Positions 51,613 to 64,000 of a DNA stretch of 64,000 nucleotides are shown in pieces. The stretch comes from Pocillopora damicornis (lineage: Eukaryota): the NCBI RefSeq assembly GCF_003704095.1, contig NW_020844283.1, positions 62,001-126,000 on the forward strand, written 5' to 3'. The notes beneath the pieces are model-generated. The model saw nothing but the letters and a program-made list of their open reading frames with translations, searched no databases and was not told where the DNA came from. Every line of letters starts with the position of its first letter. Position 1 is the stretch's first letter. Both the position numbers and the translations under genes were made by a program.

Positions 51613-52653
51613 CATAATACCCAACCCGCCCCTCCCCACCCAACGACCTCTCGTTGTTGCCGGGGAGGGGGGGGGAAAACACACTACGAGGCAATTTATT
51701 GAAAATAAGGAGAAACGGACAGGAAAAAATGGGGAGTGGGGGGATGGGGGAGGAGGCAGGAGGAGCATTCTTGCGAAGAAATGATGTCATTTGCCAATCT
51801 TGCTCTCAGCGAACATTGCAGTCGTGCTAGGATGGACGTAAGAATCTGGGAACGAGATTGAATCATCAGAAGCGACAGCAAACAATCACTTTTACCGGAA
51901 AACTAAGAGACCGACAAACAAAAATTATTTTAGACCGCCACTTCTTATCTTAAATTTCCATTCTTCCTTTTCTTCATTCGAAAAAGATAAAAATAAACCG
52001 CACTCCTCTGATCAGTCTGTTTGATAACACAAGGCGCCCGGATTTGTGTTCATCACCACCATCGTAGCCCACAGCTTTCATTTACATAGTTTCTGTTACA
52101 GTGAGATGCCAAAAATGCCAGGCAAGTTTTCCCGTTATGTACGATAGAAGCAACTTACAATTACGATTTTTTTTGTTTTTGTTTTTCTTTATGGGGGAGG
52201 TGGGGGAGGTGGGGGGCTGGAGAGCAGCGTTGAACTCTGCGAGCAACAAAACGTCCAGAGCCAAACTTTTCCTTTAAGCAAACAATTCAAACCTCCGACC
52301 CCTTCATGTTAATGAAACAGCGCCAACGAATTTTAATGATAATTTTTACACCTGATCGAAGCATCAATCGATCTTCTTGAAATATTCGTATGAATTACAT
52401 GTAAAAGTAGCCATGTATTGTATTGTAACTACCAATGGTCATTAAATTTTTTGTTATAAAACTGTTTCTCACGCTCGACGACAGGCAACTCCGTTCTGCA
52501 GTTTGTGTTTTTTCAAACAAGTGTGCTCATCGGATCTTCCGTTGTCTTTCTTCTTCTCATCCGGCACGGAAGTGGTGTATTATTAATTTGAAGTTTTGCA
52601 GGAATATCTACAGTACAGTGTACAAAACCATTGCAAATCAACGAACCATACAA

Positions 52654-53817
52654 TTAAATTTGTCCTTGTTGTGAAGACTGAATCCAAGGCCTCCAGAGCG
52701 GGAGTTTACATGGCTCTTCCATGCTTCTTTTGATGTCAGCCGTTGAATAACAGTTTTCTGGTGAATTGCCACTCGCGTCAGTCAATGTAGTAGTTTCACG
52801 GCGGTCATACGGGCGGAATGCACTTGACAGGGGCGGAGATGGCGGGGGTGTAAAGGCACAGGTACACGGCGACTCCGCAGTGGTTTGTAAGCCACTAACG
52901 TACACTGCTTGGCCAGGAGGGAAGGACACGGAGGTGCTCTTGTTGACTAGTGTCTGATTAGTGTGGAAATTGAAGCTGTAAGACGCCGCCAGACTTCCAA
53001 GTATTTGTTCCTGCAGTTTAGGATTCACTCCAGGTTGGTTTTCCACGAAGCTGCGCACTCTACCTGCGCACTCGTTTAATCCTGCTCTATTGTTGCTATG
53101 CTGAGATTCCGGCTCACTTTGCGGATTGTTCCAATAACCTATGTGACAAAACAAAGGGCTGAGCGAGTTGCAGCCATAACGATGTCGGGCGTTTGGGTTC
53201 ATCGCACAGTACAGGCTTTATAGTAAGCTAACAAAAGAAACTTACTCACCGGTCAATTGTTGCCCTCGGATCATTTTTAAGAAATTCACGGTGAGCTCCA
53301 GTATTTCGGCCTTCTCCATCTTTTGGGAGTTGTGATCATTCTACCGAGATAAAAACAAATTGTTTACAAACTGTTAATGAAATAAACATCGATTAGGTTG
53401 TCGGCTTATATTAGGTGTAATATTGACCCTTATTTGAGACTTCACGTAGAATAAAGAAAAATACAGCAAAGTAGAAGTGTTTGAATAAGGAATGCATAAC
53501 GAAATGTGGCTGGCTTAACGTTCAAATAAGACTTATTGCCTTTGATAAGAATGAGATTGGGGACTTTAAGTCATAAAAGTTTACCAGGTAAACTTACATC
53601 ATGATACAAGGCAGACAAAACCAAGCTTTTGAGCTCCTCAAGACTTCGGTTTATCCGCGCTCTTCTTTGTCTTTCCAGCAATGGTTTAGTCGTCTGCTGA
53701 AAGGAAACAGTAGGAATAAATATGTGAAACGAGGAAACACTCGTAAAGCAAACTAAAAGAGGGAAAGGGAGTCTAATGTACCTGTCGTCTTCTTGTAAGC
53801 TTGATTCTTTCTGCCAT
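52654..53817 (-). CDS. HES: Hairy/Enhancer-of-split (Hes) family bHLH-Orange transcription repressor, about 236 aa, 4 exons
   Basis: Exons 53817-53782, 53696-53598, 53340-53250 and 53138-52654. Basic region KPLLERQRRARIN with the diagnostic Pro, KMEKAEILELTVNFLK, Orange domain RAGLNECAGRVRSF..ILGSLA, Pro-rich region and WRPW near the end. Confidence 0.93.
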
Positions 53818-53884
53818 GTCTAGTGTCTGTCACTTTGCACTGGTAACAGCTCTTATCTGTAAAACTGAGGTCCTTTCTGAGTGA

Positions 53885-54030
53885 CGCTGAGTCAGGAAAT
53901 GAAGTTTGCGCATAAACTCTTCAGCTAAATTATATTGGCGCGGGCATGCAATTTTACACTTATTTACTAGAGAGCCAATGAGAAGCGGCGTTTGATCTGA
54001 TGCAATCAGACGCTCAATTCTCGCACGCGA
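53885..54030 (-). promoter_or_regulatory. Hes proximal promoter motif cluster
   Basis: TGAGTCA (AP-1, 53888-53894), CCAAT with an adjacent TATA-like TATAAT on the minus strand (about 53928-53938), a second CCAAT (about 53975), TGATGCAAT (C/EBP-ATF, 53998-54006) and CACGCG (class C Hairy site, 54024-54029). Confidence 0.5.
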
Positions 54031-55747
54031 ATGTGAACAAATTATTGCCTTTGTAGCATGTATCACGCCCTCTATCATTCAAATTCTTTTAACCTTTTCA
54101 CTTCAGAATTTCAGTGATTAAATCCCTGCGGACTAGAACCCGTGCGTTATTTAGACATTTTTGTTTAAAAAAGAAAAGTAGTAATTTTTCGTAGATTTTT
54201 TTTTGCGTCAAGAGGCCGCTTTTCAGCGGGTAATCGTTATTTGGTTGTAATATTCTCTCTGGCATTTTTGCAGTGATCTTGGTGTAACTTGACAGTCCAT
54301 TCAAACTCAACTTTTTCCCCGCATTCAAACTTCAATTTTATTTTTCTAAGTTACATTTGAATTACTTTTCAATATATTCCCTGCATTTAGGATTTCTTTT
54401 TTCCCAAAGTAATCTTCGAGCATTGGACGAAACATAGATTTGAAACAGTTTTCAGATTTCGTTGATCTAAAAAAGGGGAAGCTTGAGAGAAAGAGAGATC
54501 TTTCTCTTCCTTGCAATGCAGATCAGAGGATAACTCAGATTAGGTTACTTTATATGAACCTTCAACGCGTGTCTCTAATTACAGAGTGAAACATATTGCG
54601 CACCTTACAAAAAGATTCCACAGAGTGTTGAAAGAGTACCGCAAAAAATTATCTGATCGAGGTCGAAATATGGAGGTGAATCAGCGATTTTAAGACAAAG
54701 AATAATACCTCTGGAATGATAATGAAGACCAAAAGTAGTGAACAATTTAAAATTAGTTACAATTCAACCAACAGTTTCATTACAAGCAACCGTTTCTTTT
54801 TCAAATTATTTTATAAGGTTGGGCTAAGGAAAGTAACAATGAATTAGTATCATAATATGTGAATGTAAGCGTCATACGCATAAGATGTTATAAGACAGGT
54901 TAAGTTTTGTTTAGCTTGGCAATCGAAATAGTACTCAAGCTCTGAAAGAGGGAGGTAAAAAAAAAAAAACTTCAAAACCTCAAACAAAATACAGCATTAA
55001 AAGTAAGTCTTTGTACTGGAAAGCCCAGTAGCCTTTTCCTCTTTGCTTAAAAAAAAACCCTTTGTTTTGATTTGCCGCAAGGTTAATTGTCCACGGATAA
55101 TTAAAATTTATTAATAGCTTTATTCAATAGCTGTATCAAAAGAGCGCCGCGTAAGCATTTAACCATCCAACTCTTGTTTTGAGCCGTTCAGTGGACATAA
55201 TTATTCACTTAGACCTCGTTAAAATTCTGTTGTATTGTTGTTTTATTTATTAGCGCCTATGATCACTGATAATGCTTTATTAAAACCTCGAGATCGCGTC
55301 GCAGTCTTCCTGGAACCCTCATGGGACTGTTCGGCGAGGAGCGTTGTGCATTAAATCATCCTTTTGTCATTTCCCGTCTCAGATAATGTAATTAGAGCGG
55401 TTCAGTTAGACTCGCTTTCCTGTAGATGGAAAAAAATACCCGAGAGAGTATTCTTTAAAATGTGAAATATGTTTTTGTATCTAAAGCTTCTCATTAGTGT
55501 TCCAGGGCAGACGTAGTTGTGTCATTAGTGACCTCAGTAGACTCAGGAAATTGCGCGAAATCCTCGTGATCATCAGTTGTGATCGAGTGGACGTGATTGG
55601 ATCAGGTCTGTTTTTCTCTCTCCTCTTTGAGATCAGTGTACAACAAACCTATTATCGACTTGCGAACTCAGTACTACTCAAGTTTCAGAATTTTTTGAAA
55701 CTCGTCAAAACAGCTTCAAAATATATCCAAAACAGAACAGGTAGAGA

Positions 55748-55776
55748 AGACCAAGGGCTAACGCTCGAAACAGCGT
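55748..55776 (+). repeat. Short truncated copy of the Penelope-type hammerhead repeat
   Basis: AAGGGCTAACGCTCGAAAC is identical to 14866-14884, but the CUGANGA core is broken. Confidence 0.55.
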
Positions 55777-56355
55777 GAAAGTCGTTTTTTTTTTCATTGC
55801 TATACCCGGTGTCACAAAAACTACAACGGCTCTCAAGGAGCTTGAAGCGTATTTGCATCTCTGAGCTAAATCACCCATTACGAGGAAAACACGGTCACAT
55901 ATTTACAACTCTGCTCCCTGTGTGTTGTTGAATGAACGGGTAAGTTCAGGGGCGTTGCAGTTATTAATCTTAAATTAAGAAATCTCCGCCAACTAGAGCG
56001 CCCAGTTTCCGTTTTTCAAGCACCCACCACAACTCCTTTTTTCTGAATTTTGCCTCATGGTCACGCATCTGGCGCGACGATATCTATTCGGATCGTTTTT
56101 CATTTTTCCGCGCGAATCGAGTAAAGTGTGTCTAAATCTAGGGAACTATCAGGGACCATGGCACTATAGGCTCTGAGCCCAATAAATTGTTGGTCAGTGG
56201 ATAAGAATATTGCGAAAAGTATCATGGGAAGGTGGGTGAGTGCGAACAAAAAAATGGCGGTAATATTGGGCTTATGTCGGATGTCAATTACTTCTCGAAG
56301 CACAACATGTAAAAATAGAACGGACTGAGCGAAGGAGGGGGTCAAAAAGGCTAGG

Positions 56356-59300
56356 ATGACTACAAAGTTACGACTTGCGTCATCTGGAGGCGATGTAAAG
56401 ATTTGGGACATGCCAGAATTGAACATAGCGAAAGCCTTCAGCCCTCACTCTCAACCTGTGGGTTCGTTGTGTTGGAGCCCCAACAGTATCTTTTGCTTTA
56501 TATCATAGTGTGTTTTATTCGTCTAGACAATCCTATCTCGTTAAATGATATATTTTACATTTTTCAGTATTCTCTTCATGTATTTATTCAAGCTTGCGGT
56601 ATGAAATGGCCTCGATTAATGATTGTTTTCGTTTAAAGAATCTTTAGGGCAGTGGATACTTTTAATTATTTGAATTGCTAATATTGTAGTTGGAGTCCGT
56701 GCGATATTTACACTTAAAGATGATGCCACAGAAGGGTTCGCCAAGGCTATGGAAAACTAAGAAGGAACCAGATTATGGGTGTGGGCATAAAGAGCCATGG
56801 AAAATGTTCTGAAAACTATTCTTCTGTGAGTGAAAAAAGAAAGAAGTACATTTCTGCTAATGATTATTTTTACCTAATCTTGAGACCAAACTTTCAATCC
56901 AAAGTAATCATGAATATCAAAAAAGTATTGGAAAAGGTCATAGAATCTTGTGATATCTTATAAATTAAAGTGTAGTAAATCTCTTTGAAGAGTAGGATCT
57001 TCTCTGTGAAGGAAAAAAAAAATCTCTGTTGTTACAAATGAGCCATTGTTGAACCAGATAACAGTCTCATTCCAACATCCTAAATTTTTGTTACTAAAGA
57101 GAGGTTTTAAATTGCTTAGAACAAAATGACTTGTTGGCTATTGTGCAGTGAGGGTAGAGTTGCATGTCGTATGGAAGGTGCTTGGACACAAAAACAAAAC
57201 TAAACAAGATACAGTGGAGTCTAAACCTTCCAAAGCCTCAGGAGGAGAGTTTTAAACTCATTCATTAGTAGATGTTATTTATTAAATATTTAAAATTTTT
57301 TTCTGATGAATTAAGTGTAGCTTTGGGAGGGAAGGATTGCTCAAAGACTTTCTTGTTGGATGAAAAATTTCCTCCTCTCTGAGAATAAACATAGAAGGAA
57401 GTTATATAGAGATGACAATGCTTACAAACTTATAACATAATGATAAGGTTCTGAATCAGTCCTGGAACAGTTTGCCAACACTCCTCCTACCCAAGAGTTT
57501 TTCTTAGCAGACTGTAATTGTCCCTAAGTGTGGTGGATGTTAGAAAATCTTACATAATATATGAATCTTGGCATTGGTTATGAGAATACCACTGTAGTTC
57601 TTTCTTTATTTGATGTGGGAATTTTGTCGAACAGTGAATCCTTAACATTGTCAGATCAGTGTTTGGCTAGTGCTGCTAATGACAAAGTTGTTGTCACATA
57701 TGTTAAGGGGGATGAGTATGATACTGCTGAAATTACTGCTGGGGTGAGTGCAATTACTTTAAGTTCATGTTGCTTAACAATTCCTTGTTAAGGAAACCAC
57801 TAACTCTCTTTTTGATAGATATTATCAAAGCTTTCTGTAACTATTTATATTTTTCATTTAGTTCTTACAAGAATTATGTCATGCTCATTTGCTTTATTAT
57901 ATTCTTTGAAAATTTCAGGAAGGAAACACTTGTGTGGCCTTTAATTCATCTTCTCGTTATTTGCTTACTGGTGGAAATAGTAAAACTCTTAATATTTGGG
58001 ACATGAAAACAAAAAGTGTAAAGAAAACATATAAGGTAAGTCACAATATGAAGAGAAACCTCAATTACTTTGTGAGAAATTATTCATTTTTTAATAGATT
58101 ACTTTGAATTCACATAAGGAAGTAAAATCGACTTAAATTTCAATATCTTCATGATGAAATTTCAAATTTAGAAAGCATCCCAACCTAAATTGTCTCTTCT
58201 GGGCTGAGATCATCAATATTTATAAAGAATACAAAAAAAGTGTGTCCACATGCTATTTACGCATAGGTTGGAAAGAATCAGAAATTTCATGAGTGAGCAC
58301 AGCTGACAAGTGAGATACAAGGGTATTGTGTCTTGTGCCCTCCCTCATCTGATACTTTTGTCTATTTTCATCACCAGTTTGCTGGATAGTGAAGTGAAAT
58401 TGTGACTAGTTTCTTATACTTTTAATTTGTTTGTCACTTTTGTAGCAGGTATACAATACCTTGTTAGTAATTACAGTATACTGTTATCATGGTATTGTGT
58501 AAACAATTGTAGTATGTGTATTTTTGGCTGGATTTGCCAATGAAATGGACACTAAAGTAAACTGGTACATAATTTATTTAACAGGATCACAAGGACATTG
58601 TGTCTTGTGTCGCTTTTAACTGGAATGACACATCTATTGCGTCAGGGTCAGTGAATGGAGACATACTTCTTCACAATGTTATGACAGGACAAGCCTCAGA
58701 TCCTCTGAGATTAGCCAAAACACAGGTATGTAGTAGATGTACCCTAGGATGTTTTTCTGTCATTTTTCATTGTACATGTATGGACTATTAGATTTAGGCT
58801 AAGAACTACTGTAGTTCTGTATTATTCCAATTTTTTGCCTTTCTGATACAACATTGGCTACTTCAGGGAATGTAAATAAAATAAAATATACCACTCTGCT
58901 TGATTTCAAAGCAATGTAGGTGATGTTATCATGCAATAGAACACTTGAGCCATGACAAGTTGTCTGTAAAAAAAACATCCCAACATTAGCATTGATGTCA
59001 AAACTATTGTACAGGAAAACCACCCTGTCAACTTATGATCAATTTAGGCATTTGAAAGTGTACACCCAAACTTAATCCTGGGGTAGAATGCATTGAACTT
59101 AGAGACCTTTTATTTTAAACTAGACTGTTCAGATCTTTTGTTTTCACTATTAGTCATAAGGATTTTCTTTGTTATTGTGTGTGAGCATCGCCACATTTGG
59201 AACTCATTGTCCCTATTTTTTTTCTAATAATTTGTATCACCTACATTGCTTTTATATTATGCATAATGATCAGAATTGCTAAATAAAAAGAAATTCTGTA

Positions 59301-62300
59301 GCACAAGGGCCTCAGTCAAATCATCCATGTAATCAACATGCTACTGAAGGACAACTTTAAACAAATATTGAATTTTTTACTTTTTTAAATTTCATATTTG
59401 ATTTGAAATGTCTTTTGGCCAAGAATCATAGTTACTGGTTGTCTAGAAAATTAAAATGAAACTATTATCACAGAAAAAAGTACATGAAGTTTGGAAAGGA
59501 ATGCACCTGCATATCAACATGTGTTGCACTTATTCAAGTTTCTGTGTTCAATTTGTCTCTTAGGTTGACCCACCCCCTCTCAATATAGAAGTATCACAAG
59601 ATAATTAAAGTGGCACTTCAATAAATTTTTTGATGAAAGAAATTTCCTTGTTTTTCTTATCATAACAATAAAAGAATAGTTGCAATCGAATAAACCCTCA
59701 CAATTCTACAAGCAGTCAAAGCTAAATTTTTTATGTTCACAATGGCACATCTTGCATCTTGGGTCAGGCAAGGTTGTTATGTCATCCCAGGAACCATGCC
59801 ACAAGGCTGTAATGCCAAGACAGGAAATACTTTTGGGAATTTCACTTTCTTTAAACATCAAAGACTTTCCATAAAACCAAGTCATATAAAGACTCAAACT
59901 CGTATAATGACAATATGACTCTGAAGTATTCAAACCTTCTAATATATTGGAATTTGACACAGATAGAGAAAATCAATTGTGTGCCCAAATCAAAGGCTTG
60001 ATATAATCATTGGAACGTGGACACAACTGAGAAAAAACTCTATTGGACTCTTACAAGCTCATCTCAAGAAGGGCACATGCCCAAAAAGTCTAAGATACAA
60101 TGCAAGTGTGAACATTGCATTTGAGAAAGATTTTAAATCAGATATCTAGGCATGATGAAGAAGTAGAGCATGACCTTGCAGGAGTACTGGTGAAATTTCA
60201 CCACAGATGCAGTGAGAGACAATTACAACAAAGCTCAGAAACCTAGCAAAAGCAAAAACTAGAAAGATAGATGTAGTAGAACTTTCAAAGAACACAGAAT
60301 TAGTGGCCATAGATTCAAGCTATTTAGAAGCAAGTGAGGTAAATAAATTAGCCTTGGAAGCAAAAGCTAAAATGAACAAAGGTAACAAGCTTCTTGTAAA
60401 TTTGGGAACATCAGCAGGCAATAGAGAAACTGAATTTCATACTTGTACATTCACTGCCTCCTTAGAAATGAACAGCAAGAGTGAAAAATAACCCAAATAA
60501 AATAAAAGCAGCTGAAGACTGCACAAAGAAAAAAAACCCAAACAAACAAACAAAAAAAACAAAAAGCAAGAGACAAAGGTCAAAGGATTAAAGCATGAGT
60601 CACACAAACAGCACACCGAGAACCTGTCATATAAAACAACAGATGAACAAATTCACAGCTGGTAAATCTGCCTCAGAAAAAGTGAGCATAGTTGAGAGAT
60701 TCACAGGGAATTGATCCTTGACACACAGACACATTACAGAGAGATGGTGATCCACCAATACATACTTTTTTTTTTTTTTTGCATTATCCTTCAGGCAAAA
60801 TGATTTGTTATAGGAGAAGTGTTAGGCTTCCTAAGAACAAATTTTTCATGCTCTACATTTGCAAAGACATTTAGATTGTAAAAATACACTTTGAGAATAG
60901 AGGACACCTAGATGAAATTTTAGAGAAATGTATTTCTGAAGTTTATTCTACTGGGAGAGAAAAGTCACTCAAAAACAAAGAAAATGTAGGTTGTAGTGTG
61001 TGTTGGGTTGTAGTGTGACTGCTTTCTAACTAAATGATGTGAATAATGTTGAATTGGTTCTTGTGATGATGTCATAAGCCAACCCACCCCATTTCCCCTA
61101 TTTCTTGGTCATAAACATGATTAAGGCCAATTTTTTGGGTCTTTGAATGCTTATTTAAAAAAAAAAGCTAATTAAAATAGATGCAACATTAATTGTTTTG
61201 GACTTTGTTATCAGTAAGACAAGGAATAAATTTTGGTGGGAAAAAAATTTGGGGGGTTAGTTGCAGTTTCAGTCCTAATTTAAAACATTTCTGTGTTGTG
61301 CAATATTATATCAGGGCATGGGAGGGGGAAAAGAAGCAAAACAAGTGTTTCCAGCAGTACATTTATCCTACCAAAACCTTAGACATTGGCCATATATTTA
61401 GATTATTGTGATTTATGTGGTAGTGGTCTTTTGTGATTTTAAAGTGATAGTTGTTTTGATCCATAGTGTACCATTATAGCTGAAACTCTCAAACATGGTT
61501 ATTTTATCCTTTTAGTTCTTGTAATGTTAGCTCAGGAGTATCCATCTAAAGGAGCTTGAAATGTCTAATAAAGATAACAGAATTGTAACACTCAGAGCAG
61601 AGCAATGGTTAAACTGCAGTTTCTTATGAGCTGACAAAAGGAAGTACATGATGGAAATGAATTTTTTTCTTTACAGGCAGTGCGAGACATTCAGTTTTCA
61701 CACTTCAAAAAGAGTTTATTGGGTGCTGTTAGTGACGATGGAGCTCTTAATCTTTGGGATTCTAACACAAAAAAACTATCAACATCATTTGCCTCTGATC
61801 ACAAAGGACCTGCAACAGGATTAAGTTTCTCACCCATGAATGATATGCTTCTGTGTAGTGTGGGACTCGACAAAAGAATTGTGTTCTATGATGTTCAGCA
61901 GAAAAAGTAATGTAGTACTATTACACCATTATCATGTTGTAATAAATAATAGATAAACCCTTTGGATCATAAGCAACCCAAAATTAATCGTTCCATTTTA
62001 TCTGATGCAGTACATGTATATATGCATCACTACATACACTAGTATCTTCTCTTTTTGTTTTGTTTTTTTTGTTTGCTTGCTTTTTCTAACATTAATACTA
62101 TGTTTTTTCCCTGTAATTTTATTTGGTGGCCTTTTCAACACCTTAGAAATAGTGTTTGTTATTTTTGATAAACCTCCTTTGGTGATTATATATTCTTTAA
62201 TAACTAAAATTCAGTTGTTACAGTTTTTTGATGTTAATCCTCAATGAAGCTCTTCCTTCTAGAACTTCAAGCTTCTAGTGAGCCACTTCCCCTAACAAAC

Positions 62301-63893
62301 TTCCGAAACAAAATGTCACATGAGATAATGATGCTATGCAAAGGGCTCTGTTGTAGTTTAAAATTAATCTCAGGTCAGAATGATTAAAACTAGTTTCAAT
62401 TGATATAATTTTTTTCTTTTGCTAGTTACATTTCAGTCTTTTTAAGAAGTAAAAATGGAAATCAGACTAGTTTGAGATCACTTTGAGCTGATATCTTGTT
62501 AAACTACAGTGTATATAACAGTTGGATTGTATTGCAATACATTTAGGCCAAGCAACCAACAGTTTAGTTCAAATTGTCCTTTTATCTTACTGTTGCTATT
62601 TATTTTCTCTTTGTTTTAAATAGTGTAAGTCAACACCTCATACCCTTTGTAAAAACCCATCCATTAAACAGATGTCCACTTAATTCTAACCCTAGCTTGA
62701 ATAACTATCGTGAACTACCACATGTACATGTAGGTGGTTCATACATGCCTTCTTTTATTTCATTACACCTGAAAAGGAAGACAAGGTTTGTTTCCACTGT
62801 CATTCATTTTTTTGCTGTTTCTTCAAAGGTCAGTTAAAGTTATGATGGCAGAATCTCCCCTGACATCTGTTGATTTTATGTCTGATGGAGGAACATTGGC
62901 AGTTGGTTCAACTAGAGGTATAGTTGTGTTTGTCCGTTGTTTTGTTTTTGTTTTTGTTTTTGTGAGTCACATGTATTTACTTTCCTTTTTTTGGCTCACA
63001 TTAACACTTTAACTCCCAAAGGTAATGAAGTGGTATCTTTTCCCTTTAAAATCTGTCCATTATCCAGCAAACAGGTGATCAGAATACTCAAATTTGTCTG
63101 GTAGAAAATGTTATCTCAATCTAACACCAAATTCTTGTAACTGATGTACAAGGAAATGTTAGCAGCTAGATGGGAGAATTAACAATCAGATTCTGGGAGT
63201 GAAAGGGTTATTAACGCATTGAAAACTTCAGAATGATCTTAATTCTTTGGTCTTTTCTCTAAAAGTACTGCAATGAAACTTTGTTAAATTAATACAAGCT
63301 ATTATCTAATGATTAGAGGAGACAAAATCAGGATAACTATGGAAGAAAATGACAATCTATCCAAAGCTGTTTGGCATTGATGTAAATTTCTTTAGCCTTT
63401 GTTTAACAGTGGCAGTAAGAAAACCTTAGTTCATGTAACATATCTCAGTTTACTACATAACATCCACTTTGTGTAGTTATAGTAAAGTGGGCTTAAGATA
63501 CTTTCCATAGCAAGAATGAAAAATTTTTAATTTTTTTGTTTTGTTTTGTCTTGTCTTTGTTTTTTTTTTGGTTATACTTGCAAGGGCTTTTGTTTTTGGT
63601 TATGCTTGCAAGGGCTAGGACTATTTGGAGCCAAATAACCATTATGTACACTCCATTTAGTCAAAGCTTAAGGTAATCATAGTAACTTGCCTGTAGTTTT
63701 GTCAATACTAGCGTGGTTACACAGTAAGTTGTAAAAAAAGATAAAGGTCAACCTTAAGATTTGATCCTAACTTGTTTTGGAATCTGTAGGTAAAATCTAC
63801 ATCTATGACTTGCGTAGCGGATCCAGTCCAGTCAACACAAGAGTGGCACACAAAACATCTGTTCAATCACTTTCATTCCAGTCATCGACAAAG
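56356..63893 (+). CDS. NEDD1: NEDD1 / GCP-WD, gamma-tubulin ring complex targeting factor; N-terminal WD40 region, 3'-partial (continues beyond the window)
   Basis: Exons 56356-56485, 57655-57743, 57919-58035, 58585-58725, 61677-61906, 62829-62917 and 63790-63893, phases consistent. Peptides LRLASSGGDVKIWD, DHKDIVSCVAFNWNDTSIASGS, FKKSLLGAVSDDG, GLDKRIVFYD, PLTSVDFMSDGGTLAVGSTRGKIYIYDLR and AHKTSVQ closely match the recalled human NEDD1 sequence. Confidence 0.95.
56486..57654 (+). other. Putative U12-type (minor spliceosome) GT-AG intron, NEDD1 intron 1
   Basis: 5' site GTATCTTTT (consensus GTATCCTTT). Exact U12 branch motif TCCTTAAC at 57639-57646, about 10 nt before the AG, with no polypyrimidine tract. 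Confidence 0.85.
59950..60700 (+). mobile_element. Degenerate retroelement ORF fragment (probably the N-terminal region of a Penelope-like ORF) in NEDD1 intron 4
   Basis: Broken reading frame NSIGLLQAHLKKGTCPKSLRYNASVNIAFEKDFKSDI..EHDLAGVLVKFHHR followed by purine/Lys-rich sequence. The GTCPKSLRY..F..DI..L.KFH pattern is recalled from coral retroelement ORFs. Boundaries are approximate. Confidence 0.45.
63001..63211. mobile_element. MITE-like element with TTAA ends (piggyBac-like) in NEDD1 intron 6
   Basis: TTAACACTTTAACTCCCA..TGGGAGTGAAAGGGTTA terminal inverted repeats, about 210 bp. Confidence 0.65.
63564..63617. repeat. Two-copy tandem repeat of about 28 bp
   Basis: TTTTTGGTTATRCTTGCAAGGGCT occurs twice. 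Confidence 0.75.
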
Positions 63894-64000
63894 GTTAGGA
63901 AAGTTAAGCCTGTCTTTACCCAGCCCTGGTTTTGTATTTTTAAACTCTAAGGACAAATCAGCATTTCACTTAAACTATAATTAACTGTTTGAGTGACTTT

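Noticed and set aside
53139-53202. ATG start of track ORF 52654-53202 as an independent gene
   Set aside because: It is intron 3 read-through into Hes exon 4; the bHLH is encoded by the upstream exons.

Overview
AT-rich, intron-containing animal DNA. The repeat families, Penelope-type remnants and gene content suggest a scleractinian coral, possibly Pocillopora-like (inference, not proven). I built five protein-coding gene models by hand from GT-AG splice sites and frame continuity. (1) + strand 11427-21605: 16 exons, about 870 aa, signal peptide-CUB-CUB-CUB-F5/8C-CUB-CUB-hydrophobic tail (GPI-like). (2) - strand 40826-25539: WNK kinase, 13 exons, about 1647 aa. (3) - strand 51512-48240: nearly intronless SLC7A9/b(0,+)AT-like amino-acid transporter. 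(4) - strand 53817-52654: Hes/hairy bHLH-Orange gene. (5) + strand from 56356: NEDD1, running off the window. Highlights: the SLC7 light chain lacks the heavy-chain-linking Cys (an N-glycosylation sequon sits there instead) and the C-terminal tail; it has three chained uORFs and an ATF4-type element upstream; the Hes WRPW motif is not C-terminal; NEDD1 intron 1 looks U12-type; Penelope-type minimal hammerhead motifs lie inside intronic inverted repeats; there is a duplicated 151-bp hairpin; and a phase-consistent decayed multi-exon gene lies at about 43.7-47 kb. I could support no coding gene in 1-9.7 kb. All coordinates were counted by hand and may be off by a few bases.
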